Source: an uncultured Chloroflexia bacterium (GTDB lineage Bacteria; Chloroflexota; Limnocylindria; Limnocylindrales; CSP1-4). Taken from it: 64,000 nt of DNA. The position numbers and the translations under genes are program-made. Location: contig CAVQJC010000011.1 of NCBI GenBank assembly GCA_963712745.1, positions 128,001 through 192,000 on the forward strand. Reading direction: 5' to 3'. How positions within the stretch are numbered: position 1 is the first letter of the stretch; every line of letters begins with the position of its first letter. Below, one piece after another: positions 41,088 through 50,068 of the stretch. The notes beneath the pieces were generated by a model. That model saw only the letters and a program-made list of their open reading frames with translations. It did not search any database and was not told where the DNA came from.

Positions 41088-42085
41088 GCACCACGGTCAT
41101 CGAGGCACTGCGCAGCGGGCTGGCCGGCGAGATGGAGGCCGACTCCCGCGTCGTGGCCATGGGCGAGGACATCAGCATCGGCGGCTCGTTCCACCTGAGC
41201 CTGGGCTTGCTCGACCGGTTCGGGCCCGAACGCATCCTGGATACGCCGGTCGCGGAGGCCGGCTTCGTGGGCCTGGCCATCGGTGCCGCCATCGGCGGCC
41301 TGCGGCCGGTCGTCGACTTCCAGTACGGCGATTTCCTGCTGCCGGCCGCCGACCAGATCATCCAGCAGGCCAGCAAGTTCAGGCTCATGTCCGGCGGCAA
41401 GGTCCGGGTCCCCTTGACCCTCCATGCGCCCACCGGCGCGTCGGGCCGCGGGGCCCAGCATGCCAACTCGATCGAGAACCTCTTCTTCGGCGTTCCCGGG
41501 CTGGCCGTGGGCGTGCCCTCCAATCCCTACGACGCCAAGGGCATGTTCACGACCGCCATCCGGCACCCCGACCCGGTGCTCATCTGCAGCCACAAGCACC
41601 TCTACGGATCCAAGGGCCGCGCGGTGGAGGCGACGGCGCTCGGGGACGTCCCCGACGAGCCCTATGAGCTGCCCATCGGGCAGGCCGAGGTCCGCCGCCC
41701 CGGCGCTGACGTGACCATCGTCGGCGCCCTGCTCATGGTCCACCGCGCCCTGGCCGCGGCCGATGAGCTCGCGGCCGAGGGCATCGAGGCCGAGGTCGTC
41801 GACCTGCGCTGGCTGAGCCCGATGGACACCGACACGGTCGTCGAGTCGGTGCAAGCAAGACCGGCCGCTGCGTCATCGTGCAGGAAGGCTCACCGCTGGG
41901 TGGCTGGGGTGGGACGGTCGCTGCCGCGGTCGCCGACCGTGCCATCGAGTACCTCGATGGGCCGGTCAAGTCGATCACCGGTCCGCCCTACGGCATCCCC
42001 TTCGCCCCCCATCTCGAGGCCCAGGTCGTGCCCACGGCCGAGCGCATCGCCGACGAGGTCCGCTGCGCTCATGGGGGCCGCCTGA
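41084..42085 (+). CDS. E1 beta, copy 2, with compensating frameshifts near 41853 and 42064
   Basis: MGED, DTPVAE, AQH; KTGRCVIVQE...YLDGP is in the alternate frame. Confidence 0.88.
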   Translation: MSTTVIEALRSGLAGEMEADSRVVAMGEDISIGGSFHLSLGLLDRFGPERILDTPVAEAGFVGLAIGAAIGGLRPVVDFQYGDFLLPAADQIIQQASKFRLMSGGKVRVPLTLHAPTGASGRGAQHANSIENLFFGVPGLAVGVPSNPYDAKGMFTTAIRHPDPVLICSHKHLYGSKGRAVEATALGDVPDEPYELPIGQAEVRRPGADVTIVGALLMVHRALAAADELAAEGIEAEVVDLRWLSPMDTDTVVESVQARPAAASSCRKAHRWVAGVGRSLPRSPTVPSSTSMGRSSRSPVRPTASPSPPISRPRSCPRPSASPTRSAALMGAA

Positions 42086-43282
42086 TGGCCAGCGACGTCA
42101 TCGTGCCCGAGGTCGGCGAGGTGGGCATGGAGGTCGTCTTCGTGCGCTGGCTCAAGGCTGAGGGCGACGAGGTCGCCGTCGGTGACCCACTGTTCGAGGT
42201 CGATACCGAGAAGAGCGTCATGGAGGTCGAGGCCTACGCGGCCGGCATCCTGACCGACCTGGCCGTGAGCGAGGGGGACACTCGTCCAGACGCGCCAGGT
42301 CATCGCCCGCATGCTGGCCCCTGGTGAGGATGCGGCTCCCCCGCCTCCCGCGCCGCAGCGGACCCCCGACACAAGCCTCCACTCCTCCACCGGCGGGTCG
42401 CCCGGGACCGGCGAGTCCTCCTCCGCGGTCCCGGCGCCCAGTCCGGCTGGATCTCCCGGGCCGCCCGGCGCCCGCGACGAGGCGGCATCAGTCCCCGCGC
42501 CCGGCGAGTCGCCAAGGAGCTCGGTGTCGAGATCGACGACCTCGTGGGCACCGGCCCCGACGGGCTGGTCACGGAGGCCGATGTCCGAGCTGCTGCCGAG
42601 CGTGCGGCCGCCTCGCCCCCCTCGGCCACGCCCGCGAGTGCGCCGGATCACGCCGACCGCGCTCGTCGCGCGGTGGCCGACCTGACTACCAGGTCGTGGC
42701 AGACGATCCCGCACTTCTACCTCCAGCTCGAGGCGGACGTGCGAGCGAGGGCTGGAACTGGCCAAGCCCACACCGCTCATCTGTGCCGCGGTGGCCCAGT
42801 CGCTGGCGCGCCACCCCGAGTGCAACCTGGGCTGGGACGGCGACCGGCCCGTGCCTCGCGGCAGCGTCGATCTGGGCCTGCTCGTGGACGCCCCGGCGGG
42901 CCTGCTCATCACCGTCATCAACGAGGCCCAGGACCTCGACCTCGCCGACATGGTCGAGGCCATCAAGGGGGCTGCCGACCGCGCTCGCAGTGGCACGCTC
43001 AGCGCGGCCGACCTGGGCCCGCGCAGCCTGACCGTCTCCAATCTGGGCATGTACTCGGTCGACCGCTTCGCCGCGGTCATCCCCACGCCCGACGTGTTGA
43101 CCCTGGCGGTCGGCCGGACGCGCACCGTGCCCCGCTGGGACGGCAGCCCATTCACACCGCGCAAGGTCGTCGACCTGACCCTTTCGGTCGACCACCGGGC
43201 GCTCGACGGGGCCGCTGCGGCACGGTTCATGAGCACCCTGGAGTCGGTCCTGGCCGACCCCATCGCGGAGGGCTTGGCATGA
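42085..43282 (+). CDS. Dihydrolipoamide acyltransferase E2, multiple frameshifts
   Basis: Lipoyl domain EVDTEKSVMEV, subunit-binding SPRARRVAKELGV...GTGPDG, catalytic SNLG and DHRALDG, spread across frames. Confidence 0.85.
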
Positions 43283-43683
43283 AGAAGATCGAGATCGAGA
43301 GCGAGCGCAGCGTTCAGGCGCTCGACGTCACCGAACGCATCACCGACGGGTCATGGCCGGACGGCTGGCTCGTGCTGAGCGTGCCGCACACGACGGCTGC
43401 ACTCATCATCGGCGAGAACGATCCGGAGATGCTGGAGGACTACGAGAAGGTGGCAGTCGAGTTGCCGGCACCCTTCGAGCCCTTCAAGCACCACCGCAAC
43501 GACAATCCCAACGCGGCTGCGCATGTCATCTCCAGCCTTGCCGGGACGCAGCTGTTGCTGCCGGTCGAGGACGGCGAGCTCGTGCTGGGCACGTGGCAGC
43601 GGATCATCTTCATCGAGCTGGACGGTCCCAAGACACGGACCATCCTGTGCGGCAGCATCGCCGCGCAATCCCTGGAGGCCTGA
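43279..43683 (+). CDS. yjbQ: YjbQ/UPF0047 family protein (secondary thiamine-phosphate synthase family)
   Basis: PHTTAAL...EN, NAAAH, LGTWQRIIFIELDGP. Confidence 0.9.
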   Translation: MKKIEIESERSVQALDVTERITDGSWPDGWLVLSVPHTTAALIIGENDPEMLEDYEKVAVELPAPFEPFKHHRNDNPNAAAHVISSLAGTQLLLPVEDGELVLGTWQRIIFIELDGPKTRTILCGSIAAQSLEA

Positions 43684-43686
43684 GAC

Positions 43687-44146
43687 ATGCGCATCGCGGT
43701 GGGGGCCGACGCGAACGCCGTCGAGCTCAAGGAACTCATCAAGGAACACATCATCAGCCGTGGCCACGAGGTCGTCGACTTCGGCCTGCAGGCCGGTGAG
43801 GACGTCGACTATCCCGATGTCGGCGAGCCGGTCGCGCGTGCGGTCGCGGCGGGGGAGGTCGAGCGAGCCGTGCTCTGCTGTGGCACCGGGCTGGGCATGG
43901 CCATCGTGGCCAACAAGGTGCACGGCGTGCGCGCCGCGCCGGTGACCGATCCCTACTCGGCCGAGCGGGCCATCAAGTCCAACAACGCGCAGGTGCTGTG
44001 CCTGGGCAGCCTGGTGGTGGGCCGGAACGTGGCCCCGCTACTGGTGGACCACTGGCTCGACGGCGAGTTCGCCGGCGGCGGCTCTGCGCGCAAGGTCGAC
44101 AAGATCGATCGATCTCGACGGACGAGAGCGCGGCGAAGCGCGCTAG
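43687..44146 (+). CDS. RpiB/LacAB family sugar-phosphate isomerase (DerI-like), +1 frameshift near 44110
   Basis: VDYPD, CGTGLGMAIVANKVHGVRAA, SAERAIKSNNAQVLCLG; the corrected frame stops at TAG 44144-44146. Confidence 0.87.
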
Positions 44147-44194
44147 AGGGACACGCCAGCGAGGCCAGGGAATCGGGATGTCTGGGGGAGTGGC

Positions 44195-45775
44195 TTGAAC
44201 GGACAGGGCGAGATGGAGGCGGCGGAGATGACGGCCGTTCCATCGGTCGCGCCCGAGGCCGGCACGGGCACGACCCCTCGCCTGCGCATCCGCGGCGTCT
44301 CCAAGAGCTACGAGGGCATCCATGCGCTCGAGGACGTCAGTTTCGACGTCCAGCCGGGCGAGATCCACGCCCTGGTCGGTGAGAACGGTGCCGGCAAGTC
44401 CACGCTCGTCAAGATCATCACCGGGCTCGTGGAGCCGGACGGCGGGGAAACCATCCTCGATGGTGAGGCGGTCCAATTCGCCACGCCCATGGAGGCACGG
44501 GATGCCGGGGTCAGCGCGGTCTACCAGGACCCCAAGCTGTTCCCGCACCTGGACGTCGCCGAGAACATCTTCATGGGCATCTTCCCGCGTTCGCCCGGCC
44601 GCACCATCGACCGCCGGGGCATGTACGCGGAGACCGAACGATTGCTCGCTGAGCTCGACGTGGATCTCAGTCCCACCGCGCTGGTCGCCGGTCTGTCGGT
44701 GGCCGAGCTCCAGTTCGTGGGCATCGCTCGCGCCCTCACCAAGCAGCTCGGTCTGCTCATCCTCGACGAGCCCACTGCCGCCCTCACGCCGACCGAGGCG
44801 GAGCGCCTCTTCTCCATCGTGCGCTCGCTCCGCGACCGCGGCACCGCGGTCATCTTCATCTCGCATCGGCTGGAGGAATTGCCCGGCTTCGTCGACTCGG
44901 TGACGGTCCTGCGAGACGGGCACCACGTCCAGACGGCTGGTATCGAGCAGATGGGCCAGGACCACATCGTCCGCCTCATGGTCGGTCGGTCTCTGGAGAA
45001 CCTGTACCGGCGGGCCGAGGACGGCATCGAGCTGGGAGATGAGCGGCTGCGGGTGGAGGCGCTCTCCCTGCCGGGTGCATTCCGTGACGTGTCGTTCAGC
45101 GTCAAGGCCGGTGAGGTCGTCACCTTGGCCGGTCTCGTGGGCGCGGGGAGGACCGAGATCGCGCAGGCCATCTTCGGCATCGCACCTGCCGAATCGGGGC
45201 GCGTGTGGGTAGACGGCCAGGAGGTCAAGGTCGAGAACGCTCGCCAGATGCTTGGCCTGGGCGTGGCCTACCTGCCCGAGGATCGAGATGGACAGGGCCT
45301 CGTGACCGAGTTCTCCATCGAGCACAACATCACCCTGCCCATCATGCGCAAGCTCAGCCGCTTCGGCTTCGTCCGGCGTCGCGCGGAGCGGCAGGTGGCT
45401 ACCGACATCGCCGCCGAGCTTGATGTGCGCATGAGCTCCGTCGAGCAGGCCGTCAATGCCCTGTCCGGTGGCAACCGCCAGAAGGTCGTCATCGGCAAGT
45501 GGCTGGCCGCCAAGCCGCGAGTGCTCATCCTCGACGAGCCCACCCACGGCATCGACGTCGGCACCAAGGCCCAGGTCCACGAGCTCATCGCCGGTCTGGC
45601 GCGCGGTGGCCTGGCCATCCTGGCCATCTCGTCTGACCTGCCGGAGGTGCTGGCCATCAGCTCGCGCATCCTGGTCATCAACGAGGGCCTGCTGGTCGAC
45701 GAGTTCCCCGGGGAGGGAACGACCCAGGAAGAGGTCATCACCGCCGCCACGCGCCAGCGCAGGGACGCCGCATGA
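44195..45775 (+). CDS. Sugar ABC ATPase (RhaT/LsrA-like)
   Basis: GENGAGKST, DEPT, YLPEDR, LSGGNRQK, DEPTHGIDVGTK. Confidence 0.93.
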   Translation: MNGQGEMEAAEMTAVPSVAPEAGTGTTPRLRIRGVSKSYEGIHALEDVSFDVQPGEIHALVGENGAGKSTLVKIITGLVEPDGGETILDGEAVQFATPMEARDAGVSAVYQDPKLFPHLDVAENIFMGIFPRSPGRTIDRRGMYAETERLLAELDVDLSPTALVAGLSVAELQFVGIARALTKQLGLLILDEPTAALTPTEAERLFSIVRSLRDRGTAVIFISHRLEELPGFVDSVTVLRDGHHVQTAGIEQMGQDHIVRLMVGRSLENLYRRAEDGIELGDERLRVEALSLPGAFRDVSFSVKAGEVVTLAGLVGAGRTEIAQAIFGIAPAESGRVWVDGQEVKVENARQMLGLGVAYLPEDRDGQGLVTEFSIEHNITLPIMRKLSRFGFVRRRAERQVATDIAAELDVRMSSVEQAVNALSGGNRQKVVIGKWLAAKPRVLILDEPTHGIDVGTKAQVHELIAGLARGGLAILAISSDLPEVLAISSRILVINEGLLVDEFPGEGTTQEEVITAATRQRRDAA

Positions 45776-46827
45776 CCTTGCAGCCGGCCGGGCCCAGCAC
45801 GGACGGCGCCAGCGGCAGCGGTCTCTCCGAGAGCCGCAAGCGGTGGCTGACACTCCTGATCAAGGGGCGCAGCTTCGCGGTGCTGGCGGTGCTGGCCGTG
45901 CTGGTGGCGTTCTTCTCGATCGCGACCGACAACTTCGCCACCCCGGAGTCCTTCCGCAGTATCACCGTGAACGCGGCGCTGCTGGCCATCATCGCCTGCG
46001 GCGAGGGCATCGTCATCCTGACCCGCAACTACGACATCTCCATCGGCTCCACGCTGGGCCTGGCGGCCTACGTCGCCTACGACTGGGGTCAGATGTATCC
46101 CGAGGCCGCCATCGTGCTGGTGCCGGCCATCGCCATCGCCATCGGCATCGCCTGCGGCGCGGTCAACGGACTGCTCGTCGCCTACGCCAAGATCCCCTCG
46201 ATCGCCGCGACCCTGGGCACGCTCTCGGTCTTCCGGGGCATCCTCTTCATCTACGCGGACGGTCGCATCGTGACGCCGGAGAACATCCCGCGCTGGGCCC
46301 AGGATCTGGTGAGCACGCAGGTCTTCGGGGTGGTCGCGTCCCTGGTCATCATCGCCACCATCACCATCGTGCTGGCCGCGCTCTTCCTGCGCTACTTCTC
46401 GATCGGCCGGCAGATCTACGCGGTCGGCTCGAACCCCGATGCCGCACCCTTCTACGGGCTCGATCAGCGCGGGGTCGTGTTCCGTGCCTACGTCTTGTGC
46501 GGCTTGCTGGCCGGTTTCGCCGGCTTCCTCTTCGGAGCACAGGTGAGCTACATCATCCAGTACGCCGGACAGAACATGGAGCTGCTGGCCATCGCGGCCG
46601 TGGTCATCGGCGGCATCAGCGTGCTCGGTGGGACCGGCAACATCCTGGGCGCCGCGTTCGGTGCCCTCACCCTGGCCACCATCGACAACGGCCTCATCCA
46701 GATGAAGCTGCCCGAATTCGCACGGCTGGTGATCCAGGGCGGCGTGATCATCCTGGCCGTGATGCTCGACGCGGTCGTCCAGCGCCAGGCACGTTCCATC
46801 CTCCGCTCCATGAGACGAAGGGGCTGA
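45772..46827 (+). CDS. Sugar ABC permease (RhaP/LsrC-like)
   Basis: ILTRNYDISIGS, IPSIAATLGT, GSNPDAA, ELLAIAAVVIGG. Confidence 0.92.
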   Translation: MTLQPAGPSTDGASGSGLSESRKRWLTLLIKGRSFAVLAVLAVLVAFFSIATDNFATPESFRSITVNAALLAIIACGEGIVILTRNYDISIGSTLGLAAYVAYDWGQMYPEAAIVLVPAIAIAIGIACGAVNGLLVAYAKIPSIAATLGTLSVFRGILFIYADGRIVTPENIPRWAQDLVSTQVFGVVASLVIIATITIVLAALFLRYFSIGRQIYAVGSNPDAAPFYGLDQRGVVFRAYVLCGLLAGFAGFLFGAQVSYIIQYAGQNMELLAIAAVVIGGISVLGGTGNILGAAFGALTLATIDNGLIQMKLPEFARLVIQGGVIILAVMLDAVVQRQARSILRSMRRRG

Positions 46828-46828
46828 T

Positions 46829-47842
46829 GTGAAGGCGCGACTGACACGCACGGTCACCACCTACGGCTGGGAGTTCGTCCTGCTGGGGCTGCTGGCTGGG
46901 GCTGTCGTGCTCAACTCGAACATCTCGCCCTGGTATCTGAACGTCAACCAGATCCTCAACGGTCTCAAGTTCATCATGGTGCCGGGGCTGCTCGCGCTGG
47001 CCCTGGCGGTCATCGTTCTGCAGGGCGAGATCGACATCTCGCTGCCCTCGCAGGTGGCGGTGGGCACGGTCCTCTTCGGCTTCCTCGCCTCCCAGGGAGT
47101 GCCCTACGTCCTGGCCGTCGTCGTGGTCATCGGTGTCGGGGCTTTGCTGGGTACCTTCAACGGCATCGTGGTCACCAGCTTCGGCCTGCCCTCGATGGCC
47201 GTCACATTCGGAACGCTGTGGGCCTACCGCGGACTGGCGTTCCTGCTGCCCGACGGTGAGTACGGCTACGCCTCCACGGCCTTCGGCGAGGACTACTTCT
47301 GGATCGGCGGGACCAAGCTTTGGGGCAGCCTGCCGGTGGGCCTGGTGGTGTTGGCCGTGACCGCGATCGGCATCGGTCTGCTGGTGCATCGCACGACCTA
47401 CGGCCGCTGGACCTACGCCATCGGTAACAACGCGCAAGCGGCGCGCTTCTCCGGCATTCGCGTGGGCCTCGTCAAGACCGGCGCCTATGCCCTCGGTGGC
47501 GTCATCGCGGCCCTGGGCGCACTCATCTTCGTGGGCCAGTACGAGTCCGCGCGCGGCGACAACATGGAGGGCCAGCTGCTCTTCATCGTGGCCGCGGTCG
47601 TGCTCGGCGGCATCGACCTGATGGGCGGCAAGGGACACATCATCGGCGTCGTCCTCTCCATCCTGCTGCTGGGCACGCTTCTCAACGGCATGGGCCTGGC
47701 GAACGTTGATTCCACGATCCAGCTGCTCGTCTTCGGCTCGCTGCTGATCGGCTCCGTACTCATCCAGCGCGGTGCCCAGTGGGCCCGCGCCTTCCAGCGT
47801 CGCCGGGCCGCGTCCCGGGCCGCGTCTCCTTCCAGCTCATGA
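46829..47842 (+). CDS. Sugar ABC permease (RhaQ/LsrD-like)
   Basis: GEIDIS, LPSMAVTFGT, AIGNN...ARFSGI, AVVLGG...GGKG. Confidence 0.92.
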   Translation: MKARLTRTVTTYGWEFVLLGLLAGAVVLNSNISPWYLNVNQILNGLKFIMVPGLLALALAVIVLQGEIDISLPSQVAVGTVLFGFLASQGVPYVLAVVVVIGVGALLGTFNGIVVTSFGLPSMAVTFGTLWAYRGLAFLLPDGEYGYASTAFGEDYFWIGGTKLWGSLPVGLVVLAVTAIGIGLLVHRTTYGRWTYAIGNNAQAARFSGIRVGLVKTGAYALGGVIAALGALIFVGQYESARGDNMEGQLLFIVAAVVLGGIDLMGGKGHIIGVVLSILLLGTLLNGMGLANVDSTIQLLVFGSLLIGSVLIQRGAQWARAFQRRRAASRAASPSSS

Positions 47843-47913
47843 CGACGAGAGGAGGTGGTCGAGTCCATTCCTAGGGCGTACCCATCAACGGTCACAACGA
47901 CAGGAGGATCAAG

Positions 47914-48963
47914 ATGCGACGAATGATCTCAGGGGCGGCAGCGCTGGCGCTGACCGCGAGCCTGGCCACTGCGCCGGCCATGGCTCAGGACGACATGATG
48001 GCGGATCTCACGGACGAACAGGCTCAGTGCCTGGCCGACCTGAGCATCTTCCACGTGCCCAAGTTCACCGGCTTCATCTTCTTCGAGCTGGCGCGTGAGG
48101 GTGCCAACCAGGCCGCTGTCGACCTGGGCGCCGCCGAACCGGTCTACATCGGCCCGGACAAGGCCGATGTGCAGCAGCAGGTGCAGGTCATCCAGAACAT
48201 CCTGCCCCAGCAGCCCGACGTCATCGTGCTGGCCTCGCTGGACCTCAACGCGTTGAGCCCCTCGCTCAAGGAGGCCCGCGACAACGGTGCTGTCGTGGTC
48301 ACCTACGACGCCGACGTCTCGGCCGATGCCCGCGACCTGTTCACGAACATGATGACGTTCCCGCAGCAGGCTCGGGCCATGCTCGATTCAGCGCTCGTCA
48401 ACGACCCCGCCGGCGGCAAGGCCATCTGGCTGGCGCCGCACCCCACGACGGCCAACTTCATCTCGCAGAAGGCCGCCATCGACGAGCTCATCGCGGCCGA
48501 GCCCGACACGTACGCCAAGATCGAGTTCATCGACACGCTGTTCATGGAGGACGATCCCGAGCTGTCCAAGCGCGTCGCCACCGACGCCATGGCCGCCAAC
48601 CCGGACCTGAAGTACTTCATCACCGGCTCCGGCATGGCCAACCCGGCCGTCAACCAGGCCATCATCGACACCGGCAACAAGGGCAAGGTCTTCTCCACCG
48701 GCTTCGCATTGCCGAGCACGATGCTGACCTACCTCGAGGACGGCACCAACGCGCAGTACGCGCTCTGGAACCCGGTCGACTTCGGCTACCTGGCCACCGT
48801 GGCCGGAGCGCTGAAGAAGTGCGGCGTCATCGAGGGTGCCGAGGGCGAGTCGTTCAACGCCGGACATCTCGGCGAGCGGACCATCGGGACCGAGGGTGAG
48901 ATCGTCCTGGGTGAGCCCATGTTCTTCACGCCCGAGTGCCCCGACTTCGACTCCTGCAGCTAG
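47914..48963 (+). CDS. Sugar ABC substrate-binding protein (RhaS/LsrB-like)
   Basis: Signal peptide (AMA-QD), VPK...FF, VVTYDAD, TGFALPS, LWNPVDFGY. Confidence 0.9.
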   Translation: MRRMISGAAALALTASLATAPAMAQDDMMADLTDEQAQCLADLSIFHVPKFTGFIFFELAREGANQAAVDLGAAEPVYIGPDKADVQQQVQVIQNILPQQPDVIVLASLDLNALSPSLKEARDNGAVVVTYDADVSADARDLFTNMMTFPQQARAMLDSALVNDPAGGKAIWLAPHPTTANFISQKAAIDELIAAEPDTYAKIEFIDTLFMEDDPELSKRVATDAMAANPDLKYFITGSGMANPAVNQAIIDTGNKGKVFSTGFALPSTMLTYLEDGTNAQYALWNPVDFGYLATVAGALKKCGVIEGAEGESFNAGHLGERTIGTEGEIVLGEPMFFTPECPDFDSCS

Positions 48964-48978
48964 TCACTTCGTAGTCAA

Positions 48979-49016
48979 GGATGGGGCCGGGCGCGCCCAG
49001 TGACCCGGCCCCATCC
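48979..49016 (+). terminator. Stem-loop downstream of the SBP gene
   Basis: Perfect 13-bp inverted repeat GGATGGGGCCGGG / CCCGGCCCCATCC. Confidence 0.65.
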
Positions 49017-49036
49017 GTTCGTCCAGGAGGGGTGAG

Positions 49037-50059
49037 ATGGACCCACGCACACGCGTCCGACTGGGCCGTACGGGCGTCGAGGTCAACCAGCTGCTGCTGG
49101 GCCTGGTGCCGCTCGGGAACATGTACAAGGCCGTGCCCGAGGATGAGGCGCAGGCCACCCTCCGGGCATGGTGGGACCGCGGCCTGCGCACCTACGACGT
49201 GGCGCCGGTCTATGGCTTCGGTCTGGCGGAGCGGCGCTTGGGCCGCTTCCTCGCGGGGCGTCCGCGGTCGGAGTTCGTGGTCTCGACCAAGGTCGGGCGT
49301 CCGGTGCGCAAGGGCGCTCCCGACGATCCCGAACTGTACTGGGCGGACGGGACGCCGTACTTCCACGATATGCCCGACGACGTGCGCCCGTACTACGACT
49401 ACACCCGCGACGGCATGCTCTGGGGCTTCGAGCAGAGCCTGGAGCGACTGGGCCTCGAGCGCGTGGACTACGTGCACATGCACGACCCCGACGACCACAT
49501 CCGCGAGGCCGTCGACGTCGTCTTCCCGACCCTCGCCGAGCTGCGCGACCAGGGTGTCATCGGCGCCATCGGCGTGGGCACCAACTTCGGCCGGGTGGGC
49601 TACCCCATCGCCCGAGAATGCGACATCGACTGCGTGCTCCTGGCCGGCCGCTACACCCTCCTCGACTTCGAGGGCACCGAGGACCTGCTGCCCCTCTGCG
49701 AGGAACGTGGCATCAGCGTCATCAACGGCGGCGTCTTCAACGGCGGCTTCCTGGCCGATCCCAAGATCGGTGGGTTGTTCCAGTACAACCCCACCAGCGA
49801 CCAGGGACTGGTCGACCGTGCCCTGCGCATCAAGTCGACCTGCGAGGCCCACGGCGTGCCCATCAAGGCGGCGGCAGTCCAGTTCTCGATGGGTCATCCG
49901 GCGGTACCGGCGGTGGTGGTGGGCGCCAGCTCGGTCGCTCATGCCAACGAGGTCGTGGACTTGTTCGAGCTCGACATCCCCGACGCCATGTGGGACGAGC
50001 TCCTGGCCCAGGGCTTGTTGCCGGAAGGCACGCCCGTGCCGCGTCTGGCACTCAGCTAG
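49037..50059 (+). CDS. Aldo/keto reductase, D-threo-aldose 1-dehydrogenase-like
   Basis: DVAPVYGFG, STKVGR, HMHDPD, LAGRYTLLD; paralog of 13138-14237. Confidence 0.88.
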   Translation: MDPRTRVRLGRTGVEVNQLLLGLVPLGNMYKAVPEDEAQATLRAWWDRGLRTYDVAPVYGFGLAERRLGRFLAGRPRSEFVVSTKVGRPVRKGAPDDPELYWADGTPYFHDMPDDVRPYYDYTRDGMLWGFEQSLERLGLERVDYVHMHDPDDHIREAVDVVFPTLAELRDQGVIGAIGVGTNFGRVGYPIARECDIDCVLLAGRYTLLDFEGTEDLLPLCEERGISVINGGVFNGGFLADPKIGGLFQYNPTSDQGLVDRALRIKSTCEAHGVPIKAAAVQFSMGHPAVPAVVVGASSVAHANEVVDLFELDIPDAMWDELLAQGLLPEGTPVPRLALS

Positions 50060-50068
50060 CGCCGTCAG

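Noticed and set aside
9335-44146. Programmed frameshifting or mass pseudogenisation
   Set aside because: No slippery heptamers or in-frame stops were seen; the pattern fits consensus errors better, though reads are needed to confirm.
44195-48963. AI-2 (Lsr) quorum-sensing importer
   Set aside because: The family is shared with rhamnose-type importers, and no lsrK, lsrF, lsrG or lsrR is adjacent, so the ligand cannot be assigned.
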